This document shows, one piece after another, positions 56,106 through 64,000 of a stretch of 64,000 bases of DNA. The translations under genes were made by a program, and so were the position numbers. Each line of letters opens with the position of its first letter. The first letter of the stretch is position 1. Below the pieces are notes generated by a model. That model was not told where the DNA came from and did not search any database. It saw only the letters and a list, made by a program, of their open reading frames with translations. This stretch comes from Candidatus Peregrinibacteria bacterium. GTDB taxonomy: Bacteria > Patescibacteriota > Gracilibacteria > UBA1369 > LOWO2-01-FULL-3. The DNA lies in NCBI GenBank assembly GCA_016206505.1, contig JACQRJ010000036.1:365-64364 (forward strand), read 5' to 3'.

Positions 56106-57461
56106 ATGAAAAAAACCTTTATTTTAAGCCTAATAATTAGCATCACCTTTTCCGGATGCAGTCTTTGGAGTACAAAAGATTCGGACACAGACCTTATTGA
56201 CCGAGGCATTCCAGACAAGCTCAAAGAGATAGAAATTTACGATTTAGGCACAGAAAAACCCGAAATTACGATTACTTCCAGTGGATTTATCGCCTCCGAC
56301 ACCGAAGTGAACATTGCACCCCAAATCGTCGGCAAAATAAGCGAAATTCACGCACAGGTTGGCGATTTTGTGCAAAAAGATGACTTACTGGTCACACTTG
56401 GCGACTCCTTAAGTACAGATTTGCTCCAATTACAATACGAAACAGCTTCACAAAGCCTGGATTTAAGTGATTATGCGACTTATCTGACGGATTTTTCCAG
56501 CGAACAAAGTCTCGATCAGGCAGACCTCAGTGTTCAAATTGCTGAAGAAAACTATTACAACGCCATTCAGGCACGAAACAACGCGGAAGAACAGTATGAA
56601 ACGCAACTGGAAAGCCTCGAGCTGCAACTGGAAAATGCCGAGGATCTAGCTGAAAAAGCCATAAATCAGACAGATTATCCAGTAGATCAAGCCGATGTCG
56701 CCATTGAAATTTTGGAAGCCAGTCATCAAGCCCAGATCGACCAACTGAATTACGCAATCGAAATCGCTTATCTTCAATGTCTCGCCGCTTTAAACCAATT
56801 GGAAATGCAAAGCGCCACCACGGAACTTCAAAAACTCCAGGCACAAACGCAACTTTTGCAAGCTGACTCAAGCCAAAACGCAGCTGAAAAAAATTATCAA
56901 CAAAGATATATCCGTGCCCCTCAAAACGGCACTTTGACCGCCATCACAGTCAAAAAAGGCAATCTGGTAGCGCCAGGACAGATAATAATCCAAATACAGG
57001 ACACCGATTCTATTAACGCCAAAACCGCAATTTCAAAGGAAGAAAGCAGATTTATTGATCTATCAACGAAAGTATATGTAGACACTGACGAAGGCGAACA
57101 AGAAGGAAAAATCACATTTTTAAGCCCAAGCCTGAATCCGCTAAGCAAAAAAATCGATCTAGAAATCGCGCTGCAAGAAGAAAGTGAAACTTTGCCCGGA
57201 TCATTTACAAAAATTTATTTCAAACCAAAAGCAGATGATTTAATCATCATTCCGCTCAATACAATTTTCATCGAAAAAGGCGATAAATTTGTAAAAATAG
57301 TCAATGGAGAAAACAAAATCGAACACAGAAAAATCCGCATCAAAGAAGTCATCGGCGATTTCGCCATAGTCAAATCAGGGCTAAACGGCAACGAAAAAGT
57401 GGTTTCAAACGTAGAAATTTTCACTCAGGAAGGAGAAGAAGTTAGCATAAAAAATTCATGA
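56106..57461 (+). CDS. Efflux RND periplasmic adaptor (HlyD/MFP family) lipoprotein
   Basis: Lipobox MKKTFILSLIISITFSGC. Lipoyl-like half-motifs (VGKISEIHAQVGDFVQKDDLLVTL; IRAPQNGTLTAITVKKGNLVAPGQIIIQI) flank a long coiled coil. The track start (56076) was trimmed to ATG 56106. Confidence 0.8.
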   Translation: MKKTFILSLIISITFSGCSLWSTKDSDTDLIDRGIPDKLKEIEIYDLGTEKPEITITSSGFIASDTEVNIAPQIVGKISEIHAQVGDFVQKDDLLVTLGDSLSTDLLQLQYETASQSLDLSDYATYLTDFSSEQSLDQADLSVQIAEENYYNAIQARNNAEEQYETQLESLELQLENAEDLAEKAINQTDYPVDQADVAIEILEASHQAQIDQLNYAIEIAYLQCLAALNQLEMQSATTELQKLQAQTQLLQADSSQNAAEKNYQQRYIRAPQNGTLTAITVKKGNLVAPGQIIIQIQDTDSINAKTAISKEESRFIDLSTKVYVDTDEGEQEGKITFLSPSLNPLSKKIDLEIALQEESETLPGSFTKIYFKPKADDLIIIPLNTIFIEKGDKFVKIVNGENKIEHRKIRIKEVIGDFAIVKSGLNGNEKVVSNVEIFTQEGEEVSIKNS

Positions 57462-60400
57462 AAAATTCTTTTTTCATCAATAAAAGAGCCATTTCCTGGC
57501 TGATGATCCTCACCATCATTTTTTTGGGATATTTCGGCTTAAAAGAAATTCCTCTTGAACTGCAGCCGGAGATCACAATCCCAATCGCTTCAGTCACCAC
57601 TTTCCTGCCCGGCGCAAATCCCGAAGATATCGAAACACTCATCACAAAACCCCTGGAAAAAGAAGTCGCCAATATTTCCGATATCAAAGAGCTTTCATCC
57701 ATCTCGGGTCTTGGACTTTCACTACTTATTGTCGAATTTGAAGCGGAAAGCGACCTTGACGAAGCAGTATCGGAACTGAAAGACAAAATCGATATCGCAA
57801 AAACGGATTTGCCCGAAGATGCCACAGAGCCGCTTGTAACAAAAGTACAATCAAATGCTCTTCCAATAATCAGCTTTTCAATTACAGGCGACTTTGTGCT
57901 CAAAGATCTCACAAAAATCGCCGAAGACATGGAAGAGGAATTGAAAAAAATTCCCGAAATTTCAAATATCACCATCATCGGCAATTTAAAAAAAGAAATC
58001 CTGATCGCAGTTGATCGTGAAAAAGCCGCAAATTACGGCTTAAGCTTAAGCCAAATAGCCCAGATCATCAAAGCCTCGTATTTAAACTTTCCCATCGGCA
58101 TCATCACTACCGATCGCATAAATTATTCCATCACCTTCGATAACCGCTTCAAGGAACTCAAAGAAATCGAAAATTTACCGCTTTTCACCGCAAACGACAC
58201 GCAGAATACGCTCATATTACTCAAAGACTTTGCAACGGTAAAAGAAAATCTACGCGACACAGGTAAAATTTCAAAACTATCCATCAAAGGCGAAACTTCA
58301 AAAGAAACAGTCACATTAAAAATTTTCAAAAAAGATAACGCGAACATTATCGATCTGGTCGAAAAATCAAAAGCCAAAATCGAAGAGTTGAAAGGCACAA
58401 AAATCCCTTCAAATGTTGAAATCGCCATCACCAACGACAATGCACAGTTTATCCGCGACGACCTTGGACTACTAACTTCAAGCGGCATCCAGACAACAAT
58501 TTTAATCACTATTGCTCTATTTCTGGCTCTCGGACTGACAGAAGGCATTTTAGCCGGCTTAAGCATCCCTCTCACGCTTTTAAGCACAATCGCAATTTTA
58601 CAGGCCTTTGGTATGACCATAAACGGCCTTACGCTTTTTGCCATGGTCATTGCGGTCGGAATAATGGTAGATACCGCAATCGTAGTGATGGAAGGCATCC
58701 ATGAAAACATCAAAAAAGGTTTAAGCGCCAAAGAAGCGGCAATCGCTTCTATCGCAACTTACAAATGGCCGCTCATTGCCGGAACAGTGACCACTGTCTT
58801 TGCTTTTTTGCCAATGCTACTTGTCAGCGGCATTGTGGGACAATTTTTAAAAGCCTTACCAATTACAATTTCAGCGGCATTATTAAGTTCATTATTCATC
58901 TCTCTTACAATCATTCCCGCCATCACAGTCAAATTTCTTGAAAACAAAAATTCAGGGAACAAAAAAAGCCTGCTTGCAGGTGTCTTCAATTTTCTCGGCG
59001 TATTTTTTGAGAAAATTATCGGAAAAATAATTCATTACCGGCCTGGACGGGTTTTTGTCGTATCGGTTACACTTATATTTTTTGCCTTAAGCATGCTGCT
59101 GCCAATAACCGGCATCCTAAAAGCCGAACTTTTTCCAAAAACAAACATGCAGTTTTTTATTATCAATATCGAAACTTTAAACGGCTTAAATCTTGAAGAA
59201 ACCGAGAAAATAGTGGAACAAGTTGAAAATGAACTTTATCAGATCAAAGAAATCGACAATTTTTTGACAATCATCGGCGACCAACAATCGCTTGCAGCTA
59301 CAGATATTGTCCAATTCACTTCCGCCGGAAATTCCAATCAGGCCAACATCACAGTCAACCTTGTACCGAAAGAAGATCGCACAAAAACCAGTTATGAAAT
59401 CTCCTCTGAACTCAGAGAAAAATTGAAACCGATCAGCAATGCGAAAATCTTTGTCAGAGAAATCTCCGAAGGGCCGCCATCCGAATCACCTGTCACGGTG
59501 CGCATCACCGGAGAAGACCTGAAAATTCTTGAAAAAATCGCCGATGACATCGTTTCAGTAACCGAAAAAATTCCCAAAACGGAAAACGTCAGAAGCAGCT
59601 TAAAGCCAGGCTTAAATCAATTCAAATTCACTCTCGATCGTGAAAAACTGGCATTTCATGGCTTATCTCCTGTCAATGTCGCTGTTGAAATCCGAAATCT
59701 GATCCAGGGAACCAAAAGCACGGAAATCTTTCTCAGATCCGAGGATCTGGAGATAAACGTAAAATTCACCGAAACCGCAGCAAAAAATCCGCCGGAATTT
59801 AATATTGATGACTTGCAAAATACTGGAATTTTTTCTCCAAAAGGCTACAAAATAGCGCTCAAAGATATAGGTTCATATAGCTTTGAAGAAGCGGTTTCTG
59901 AAATCGAAAGAGAAGACCAGAAACGCATTATCAAAGTTCAAAGTGATATTACAAAAAATGCCAATGCGGTTGAAATCACAGCAGCAATCGAGAAAAAACT
60001 CAAAGACCATGATCTGCCTGAAGGATATGAAATCAGCTACGGCGGCGACCTCGAAGAAATCAATAAATCCTTTCAGGAGCTCTTCCGTTCCATGGGACTC
60101 GCGATCGTCCTGATCGGCTTCTGTCTTGTTTTAATGTTCAATTCGCTAAAACAACCCTTCATCATCCTTTTGACCTTGCCAATGGCTCTGATCGGCGTTT
60201 TGCCCGGACTGTTTCTAGTCAATCTGCAATTATCCTTTCCAGCCTTTCTCGGAATTGTTGCTTTAGCCGGAATCGTCGTAAACGACGCCATCGTCCTCAT
60301 CGACAGTATAAATGAGAATATCAAAAACGGCATAGAGTTCAACAAAGCGATCTGCGAATCCGCAAGCTCCAGACTACAACCAATCATCATGACTTCAATC

Positions 60401-60559
60401 ACAACAATCCTCGGCATTCTACCATTGGTATTCACAAACGAATTTTGGGCCGGCCTCGGATATGCTCTCATTTTCGGCCTGATGGCATCGACATTTCTTA
60501 CACTCTTAGTCGTGCCGGTGCTTTACTACATGTTTGAAAAGAAAAAAGCCACTTCATAG
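57458..60559 (+). CDS. RND-family efflux transporter permease (AcrB-like)
   Basis: 1033 aa with 12-TM/two-loop pseudo-symmetry. Conserved segments VIAVGIMVDTAIVVMEGI and LAGIVVNDAIVLIDSI. The start overlaps the adaptor stop (ATGA). Confidence 0.9.
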   Translation: MKNSFFINKRAISWLMILTIIFLGYFGLKEIPLELQPEITIPIASVTTFLPGANPEDIETLITKPLEKEVANISDIKELSSISGLGLSLLIVEFEAESDLDEAVSELKDKIDIAKTDLPEDATEPLVTKVQSNALPIISFSITGDFVLKDLTKIAEDMEEELKKIPEISNITIIGNLKKEILIAVDREKAANYGLSLSQIAQIIKASYLNFPIGIITTDRINYSITFDNRFKELKEIENLPLFTANDTQNTLILLKDFATVKENLRDTGKISKLSIKGETSKETVTLKIFKKDNANIIDLVEKSKAKIEELKGTKIPSNVEIAITNDNAQFIRDDLGLLTSSGIQTTILITIALFLALGLTEGILAGLSIPLTLLSTIAILQAFGMTINGLTLFAMVIAVGIMVDTAIVVMEGIHENIKKGLSAKEAAIASIATYKWPLIAGTVTTVFAFLPMLLVSGIVGQFLKALPITISAALLSSLFISLTIIPAITVKFLENKNSGNKKSLLAGVFNFLGVFFEKIIGKIIHYRPGRVFVVSVTLIFFALSMLLPITGILKAELFPKTNMQFFIINIETLNGLNLEETEKIVEQVENELYQIKEIDNFLTIIGDQQSLAATDIVQFTSAGNSNQANITVNLVPKEDRTKTSYEISSELREKLKPISNAKIFVREISEGPPSESPVTVRITGEDLKILEKIADDIVSVTEKIPKTENVRSSLKPGLNQFKFTLDREKLAFHGLSPVNVAVEIRNLIQGTKSTEIFLRSEDLEINVKFTETAAKNPPEFNIDDLQNTGIFSPKGYKIALKDIGSYSFEEAVSEIEREDQKRIIKVQSDITKNANAVEITAAIEKKLKDHDLPEGYEISYGGDLEEINKSFQELFRSMGLAIVLIGFCLVLMFNSLKQPFIILLTLPMALIGVLPGLFLVNLQLSFPAFLGIVALAGIVVNDAIVLIDSINENIKNGIEFNKAICESASSRLQPIIMTSITTILGILPLVFTNEFWAGLGYALIFGLMASTFLTLLVVPVLYYMFEKKKATS

Positions 60560-60627
60560 GCGACAAAGCATTGCGCGTCTTTCGGCATTTCCCTATCATC
60601 CATTGGCAAATTAATCCTGCCTTTCAG

Positions 60628-62613
60628 ATGAAGTACGCAGAAGTTCTATTCCAACAAAAAATCGGTACGAAGGAAACTCTTACATATGAAATTCCTGCTA
60701 ATTTTCAGACCGAAATAGGTCAGGCGGTAGAAGTCAAAATCCGCAACCGCATAAAACACGGAATGATCCTGAACATTCACGGAAATCGCCCCAATTTCAG
60801 GACATCTCCAATCACAAGCATCATTCAGCAAAAACCAATACTAAGCTCTTCACAAATTAAGCTTTTGAGATGGATCTCAGACTACTACTTTTGCCCTCTG
60901 TTTCAAACGTTCAAATTATTTATACCAAAGCGCATACTTGAGAACAAACCGATCAAAAATCGCGTCAAAGAAATCCCAAAAAAGAAAAAGGAGAAAGCCA
61001 GAAAACTTACAAATGAACAGCAAGATGCCACAGAAACAATCATCAATTCAAGTTTGAACACTTTTTTAATTCATGGCATCACGGGTTCAGGGAAAACGGA
61101 AATATATTCCCGCCTTGCAGAAAATATCATCAACAAAAACAAACAGGCATTGATACTGGTTCCGGAAATTTCGCTTACACCTCAAACAATTCAATATTTC
61201 GAAAAATCCATCGGCATCAAAGCCGCAGTCATTCATTCAAAGCTCTCCGAAGGACAGCGCCACAAGGCCTGGATGGACATTTACAACGAAGAAGCGAAAC
61301 TTATTATCGGATCGCGTTCATCAATTTTCGCCCCGTTTCAAAATTTAGGTCTGATAATTATCGACGAAGAGCATGAAAATTCCTACAAACAGGATTCTTC
61401 ACCGCGCTACAGCACTCACAAAGTCGCAGAAAAAATCCAGGAATTCAATCCCGACACCAAACTCATCTACGCCTCGGCAACACCTTCCATTGAAACCAAA
61501 GAAAAGCTCAAAAACAGCACAATTGAATTGAAAAACCGCATCGGCAAATCCACACTTCCGGAAATTGAAATCGTGGATTTACGTGAAGAATTCAAAAAAC
61601 AAAATTATTCCATTTTCTCAGAAATACTGACAGAAGCCATCACCGAAGCGCTGGGGAAAAAAGAGCAAATAATTCTCTTTCTAAACCGCCGTGGAAGCGC
61701 CTCCAGCATAGTCTGCCGTGATTGCGGCTATACCCAAACCTGCCAAAATTGCGAAATACCACTGACCTATCACGTAAAAACACTTAAAAAACCAACTCTT
61801 ATCTGTCACCACTGCGGCCTTCTTGAAACACCTCCCCAAAATTGCCCACAATGCAAAGGCATAAACATCCGCTATCTCGGCATCGGCACTCAAAAAATCG
61901 AGGAAGAAGTGCATAAAGCCTTTCCACAGGCAAAAACTCTTCGCGCAGACAAAGACACAACTTCAAACAAAAATAGCTTCAAAGAAATCTACGAAACTTT
62001 CAAAAAGCACGAAGCCGACATCCTTATCGGCACTCAGATGATTGCAAAAGGATTGCATCTGCCAAAAGTAAATCTTGTAGGAGTTATCCTTGCGGATATC
62101 GGACTCAATATGCCGGATTTCCGCAGCCAGGAACGCAATCTGCAAATCCTGATGCAGGTCGCAGGACGTGCGGGCAGAAGCGGCAACACGGGAAAAGTCA
62201 TCATTCAAAGTTACAATCCGGAAAATATTTCTCTAGTCCACAGTAAAAATCATGATTACATCGGATTTTTCAATTACGAACGTAATCAAAGAACTCTCCT
62301 GCAAAATCCTCCTTTCAGCCATCTCGCCAAAATAATCATCGAAGACGACACCCTGCAAAAAGCCGAGTCACGTTCAAAAGAAGCAGAAAATCTGCTTTGG
62401 CGATTTGCCAGAGAAAATTCACTTACCGAAAACTTGGAAATTTCGATCTACCCCGCCTTCCTTACACGTCTTCGAAAAAAATATCGCTACATCATTTTAA
62501 TCAAAGACAAAAGCCAAAATCAGATCATTCACCAGCTACTCAAAAAGCTGCCTGAAAAAATTCTCCAGGACGCTTCCTTCAAAATAGACATCGATCCCTT
62601 AAGCGTTGTATAA
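60628..62613 (+). CDS. priA: Primosomal protein N' (replication restart helicase PriA)
   Basis: MKYAEVLF...; FLIHGITGSGKTEIY; IIIDEEHE; Cys-rich zinc region CRDCGYTQTCQNCEIPLTYH...CHHCG...CPQCK; QVAGRAGR. The track start (60571) was trimmed to ATG 60628. Confidence 0.9.
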   Translation: MKYAEVLFQQKIGTKETLTYEIPANFQTEIGQAVEVKIRNRIKHGMILNIHGNRPNFRTSPITSIIQQKPILSSSQIKLLRWISDYYFCPLFQTFKLFIPKRILENKPIKNRVKEIPKKKKEKARKLTNEQQDATETIINSSLNTFLIHGITGSGKTEIYSRLAENIINKNKQALILVPEISLTPQTIQYFEKSIGIKAAVIHSKLSEGQRHKAWMDIYNEEAKLIIGSRSSIFAPFQNLGLIIIDEEHENSYKQDSSPRYSTHKVAEKIQEFNPDTKLIYASATPSIETKEKLKNSTIELKNRIGKSTLPEIEIVDLREEFKKQNYSIFSEILTEAITEALGKKEQIILFLNRRGSASSIVCRDCGYTQTCQNCEIPLTYHVKTLKKPTLICHHCGLLETPPQNCPQCKGINIRYLGIGTQKIEEEVHKAFPQAKTLRADKDTTSNKNSFKEIYETFKKHEADILIGTQMIAKGLHLPKVNLVGVILADIGLNMPDFRSQERNLQILMQVAGRAGRSGNTGKVIIQSYNPENISLVHSKNHDYIGFFNYERNQRTLLQNPPFSHLAKIIIEDDTLQKAESRSKEAENLLWRFARENSLTENLEISIYPAFLTRLRKKYRYIILIKDKSQNQIIHQLLKKLPEKILQDASFKIDIDPLSVV

Positions 62614-62621
62614 TCCACATC

Positions 62622-63599
62622 ATGGAACGCAAACGTATCCTCTCCGGAGTTCAGCCCAGCGGCAAACCTCATCTTGGCAATTACTTTGGCGCCTTCCGCC
62701 AACACATCGCCCTCCAGCAGGAATATGAAACTTTTATCATGATCGCAGATCTACACGCGCTCACCACTATTCGCGACGCAGAACTTATGCGCTCACTGAC
62801 TTTTGAACTCGCTCTGACATATCTCGCCCTAGGGCTTGATCCTGAAAAAACGGTGCTATTCAAACAATCCGAAGTCCCAGAACATGCAGAACTATGTTGG
62901 ATTTTTGACTGTATCACCACAATGCCTTTTCTACAAAGAGCCCACGCTTGGAAAGATGCTCAGACAAAAGGCAAAAAAGAGATCACCGTCGGACTTTTCA
63001 ATTATCCCATTCTTCAAGCCTGCGACATCCTCCTATACAAACCCTCACTCGTACCGGTCGGCCAGGATCAGAAACAACACGTAGAAATGTGCAGAGATAT
63101 CGCACAGAACTTCAACAACATTTTCAAATGCAAGGTTTTCAAAATTCCAGACCCATACATCCCAAAAGAAGTAGCGATTGTCCCCGGAACCGACGGCCAA
63201 AAAATGAGCAAATCTTACGGCAACACCATTGATATTTTCGCGGATGAAGCGGACTTAAAAAAACAGGTTATGAGCATAGTAACAAGCTCTGTACCGCTTC
63301 AATATCCAAAAGATCCGAATTCCTGCAATGTATTCAACCTCTACAAACTTTTCGCAAATCCGGAAGAACTGAAAAAGATGGAAAACAATTATATCAAAGG
63401 CGGTTTCGGCTATGGTGATGCCAAGAAAGCACTACTTGCAAAAATCCTCGAGTATTTCAAAGAAGCCCGTGAAAAATATCTCAAACTGAAAAATCAAAAA
63501 GCTTTCATCTACGAAGTTCTTTCAGAAGGAGGGAAGAAAGCCAAAAAAGTTGCCTCAGCAACGCTAAACGAAGCCAAGAAAAAAATCGGCTACATATAA
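62622..63599 (+). CDS. trpS: Tryptophan--tRNA ligase
   Basis: SGVQPSGKPHLGNYFGA (HIGH-type), GQDQKQHVEMCRDIA, KMSKS. Confidence 0.95.
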   Translation: MERKRILSGVQPSGKPHLGNYFGAFRQHIALQQEYETFIMIADLHALTTIRDAELMRSLTFELALTYLALGLDPEKTVLFKQSEVPEHAELCWIFDCITTMPFLQRAHAWKDAQTKGKKEITVGLFNYPILQACDILLYKPSLVPVGQDQKQHVEMCRDIAQNFNNIFKCKVFKIPDPYIPKEVAIVPGTDGQKMSKSYGNTIDIFADEADLKKQVMSIVTSSVPLQYPKDPNSCNVFNLYKLFANPEELKKMENNYIKGGFGYGDAKKALLAKILEYFKEAREKYLKLKNQKAFIYEVLSEGGKKAKKVASATLNEAKKKIGYI

Positions 63600-63662
63600 A
63601 CTTGCACTTTAAACAGGCATAAATTAAATTGAATAAGTTAGGGAGATTTAATCTTTGAAAAT

Positions 63663-64000
63663 TTGTGTAAATATATCTTTGTCACCGGTGGTGTATGCAG
63701 TTCATTAGGTAAGGGAATAACTACGGCTTCGATCGGAGCATTACTAAAAGCTTCGGGCCTAAAAGTCTTCACACAGAAGCTTGATCCTTACCTTAATGTC
63801 GACCCCGGAACAATGAGCCCTTTTCAGCATGGAGAAGTCTTTGTCACCGAAGATGGAGGAGAAACCGATCTGGATCTCGGACATTACGAGCGCTTTATCG
63901 ATACAAATCTAACTCAACTTTCCTCAGTCACCACGGGAAAAGTCTACAGTGAAGTTCTTTCCAGAGAAAGAACCGGAAATTTTCTTGGACGCACAATTCA
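63663..64000 (+). CDS. pyrG: CTP synthase, N-terminal part; runs off the right edge of the window
   Basis: My translation gives (L/M)[79 protein letters not shown]. The only plausible start after the in-frame TAG at 63639 is TTG 63663. Confidence 0.85.
   Translation, partial: MCKYIFVTGGVCSSLGKGITTASIGALLKASGLKVFTQKLDPYLNVDPGTMSPFQHGEVFVTEDGGETDLDLGHYERFIDTNLTQLSSVTTGKVYSEVLSRERTGNFLGRTI

Overview
The window reads as a moderately AT-rich, gene-dense bacterial chromosome segment under the standard code. TGA is used as a stop, for example at rpmE. Most genes lack a Shine-Dalgarno sequence, and several appear to start on GTG or TTG. Gene content and the many orphan proteins suggest a streamlined uncultivated lineage such as CPR/Patescibacteria, but that is inference only.

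The outer parts are housekeeping. On the left are prmC (partial), rpsU and gyrB. From about 32.7 kb to the right edge are gyrA, rpmE, aroC, tgt, ruvA, an M24 peptidase, glmS, pyk, ruvC, a TPR protein, prepilin peptidase, gpmA, manC plus a cupin, a SecDF fusion, tRNA-Arg(TCG), an MFP+RND efflux pair, priA, trpS and pyrG (partial).

Between the divergently oriented gyrB and gyrA lies about 29 kb of accessory DNA. It holds:
- an HNH-domain protein;
- three orphan minus-strand genes;
- two tandem giant paralogues (about 1336 and 1499 aa), each with an AAA_16/STAND-type NTPase core, helical-repeat tails and two degenerate cyclase-like N-terminal modules, flanking a small antisense membrane protein;
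- an S41 protease;
- a tightly packed seven-gene Type I R-M operon: hsdM, a Zn-ribbon ORF, rhuM, a Zn-ribbon ORF, hsdS, a fused ABC-ATPase/Toprim (OLD/PARIS-like) gene and hsdR;
- an orphan VirB4-like ATPase.

The best candidates for an undescribed system are the STAND paralogue pair (9.3-18.2 kb) and the passenger genes inside the Type I R-M operon (19.9-28.9 kb). A parvulin PPIase domain inserted in the periplasmic head of SecD is a separate notable architecture.

No CRISPR array, rRNA, integrase, transposase or reverse transcriptase was recognised. All homology statements come from motif recognition by eye; no database search was run.
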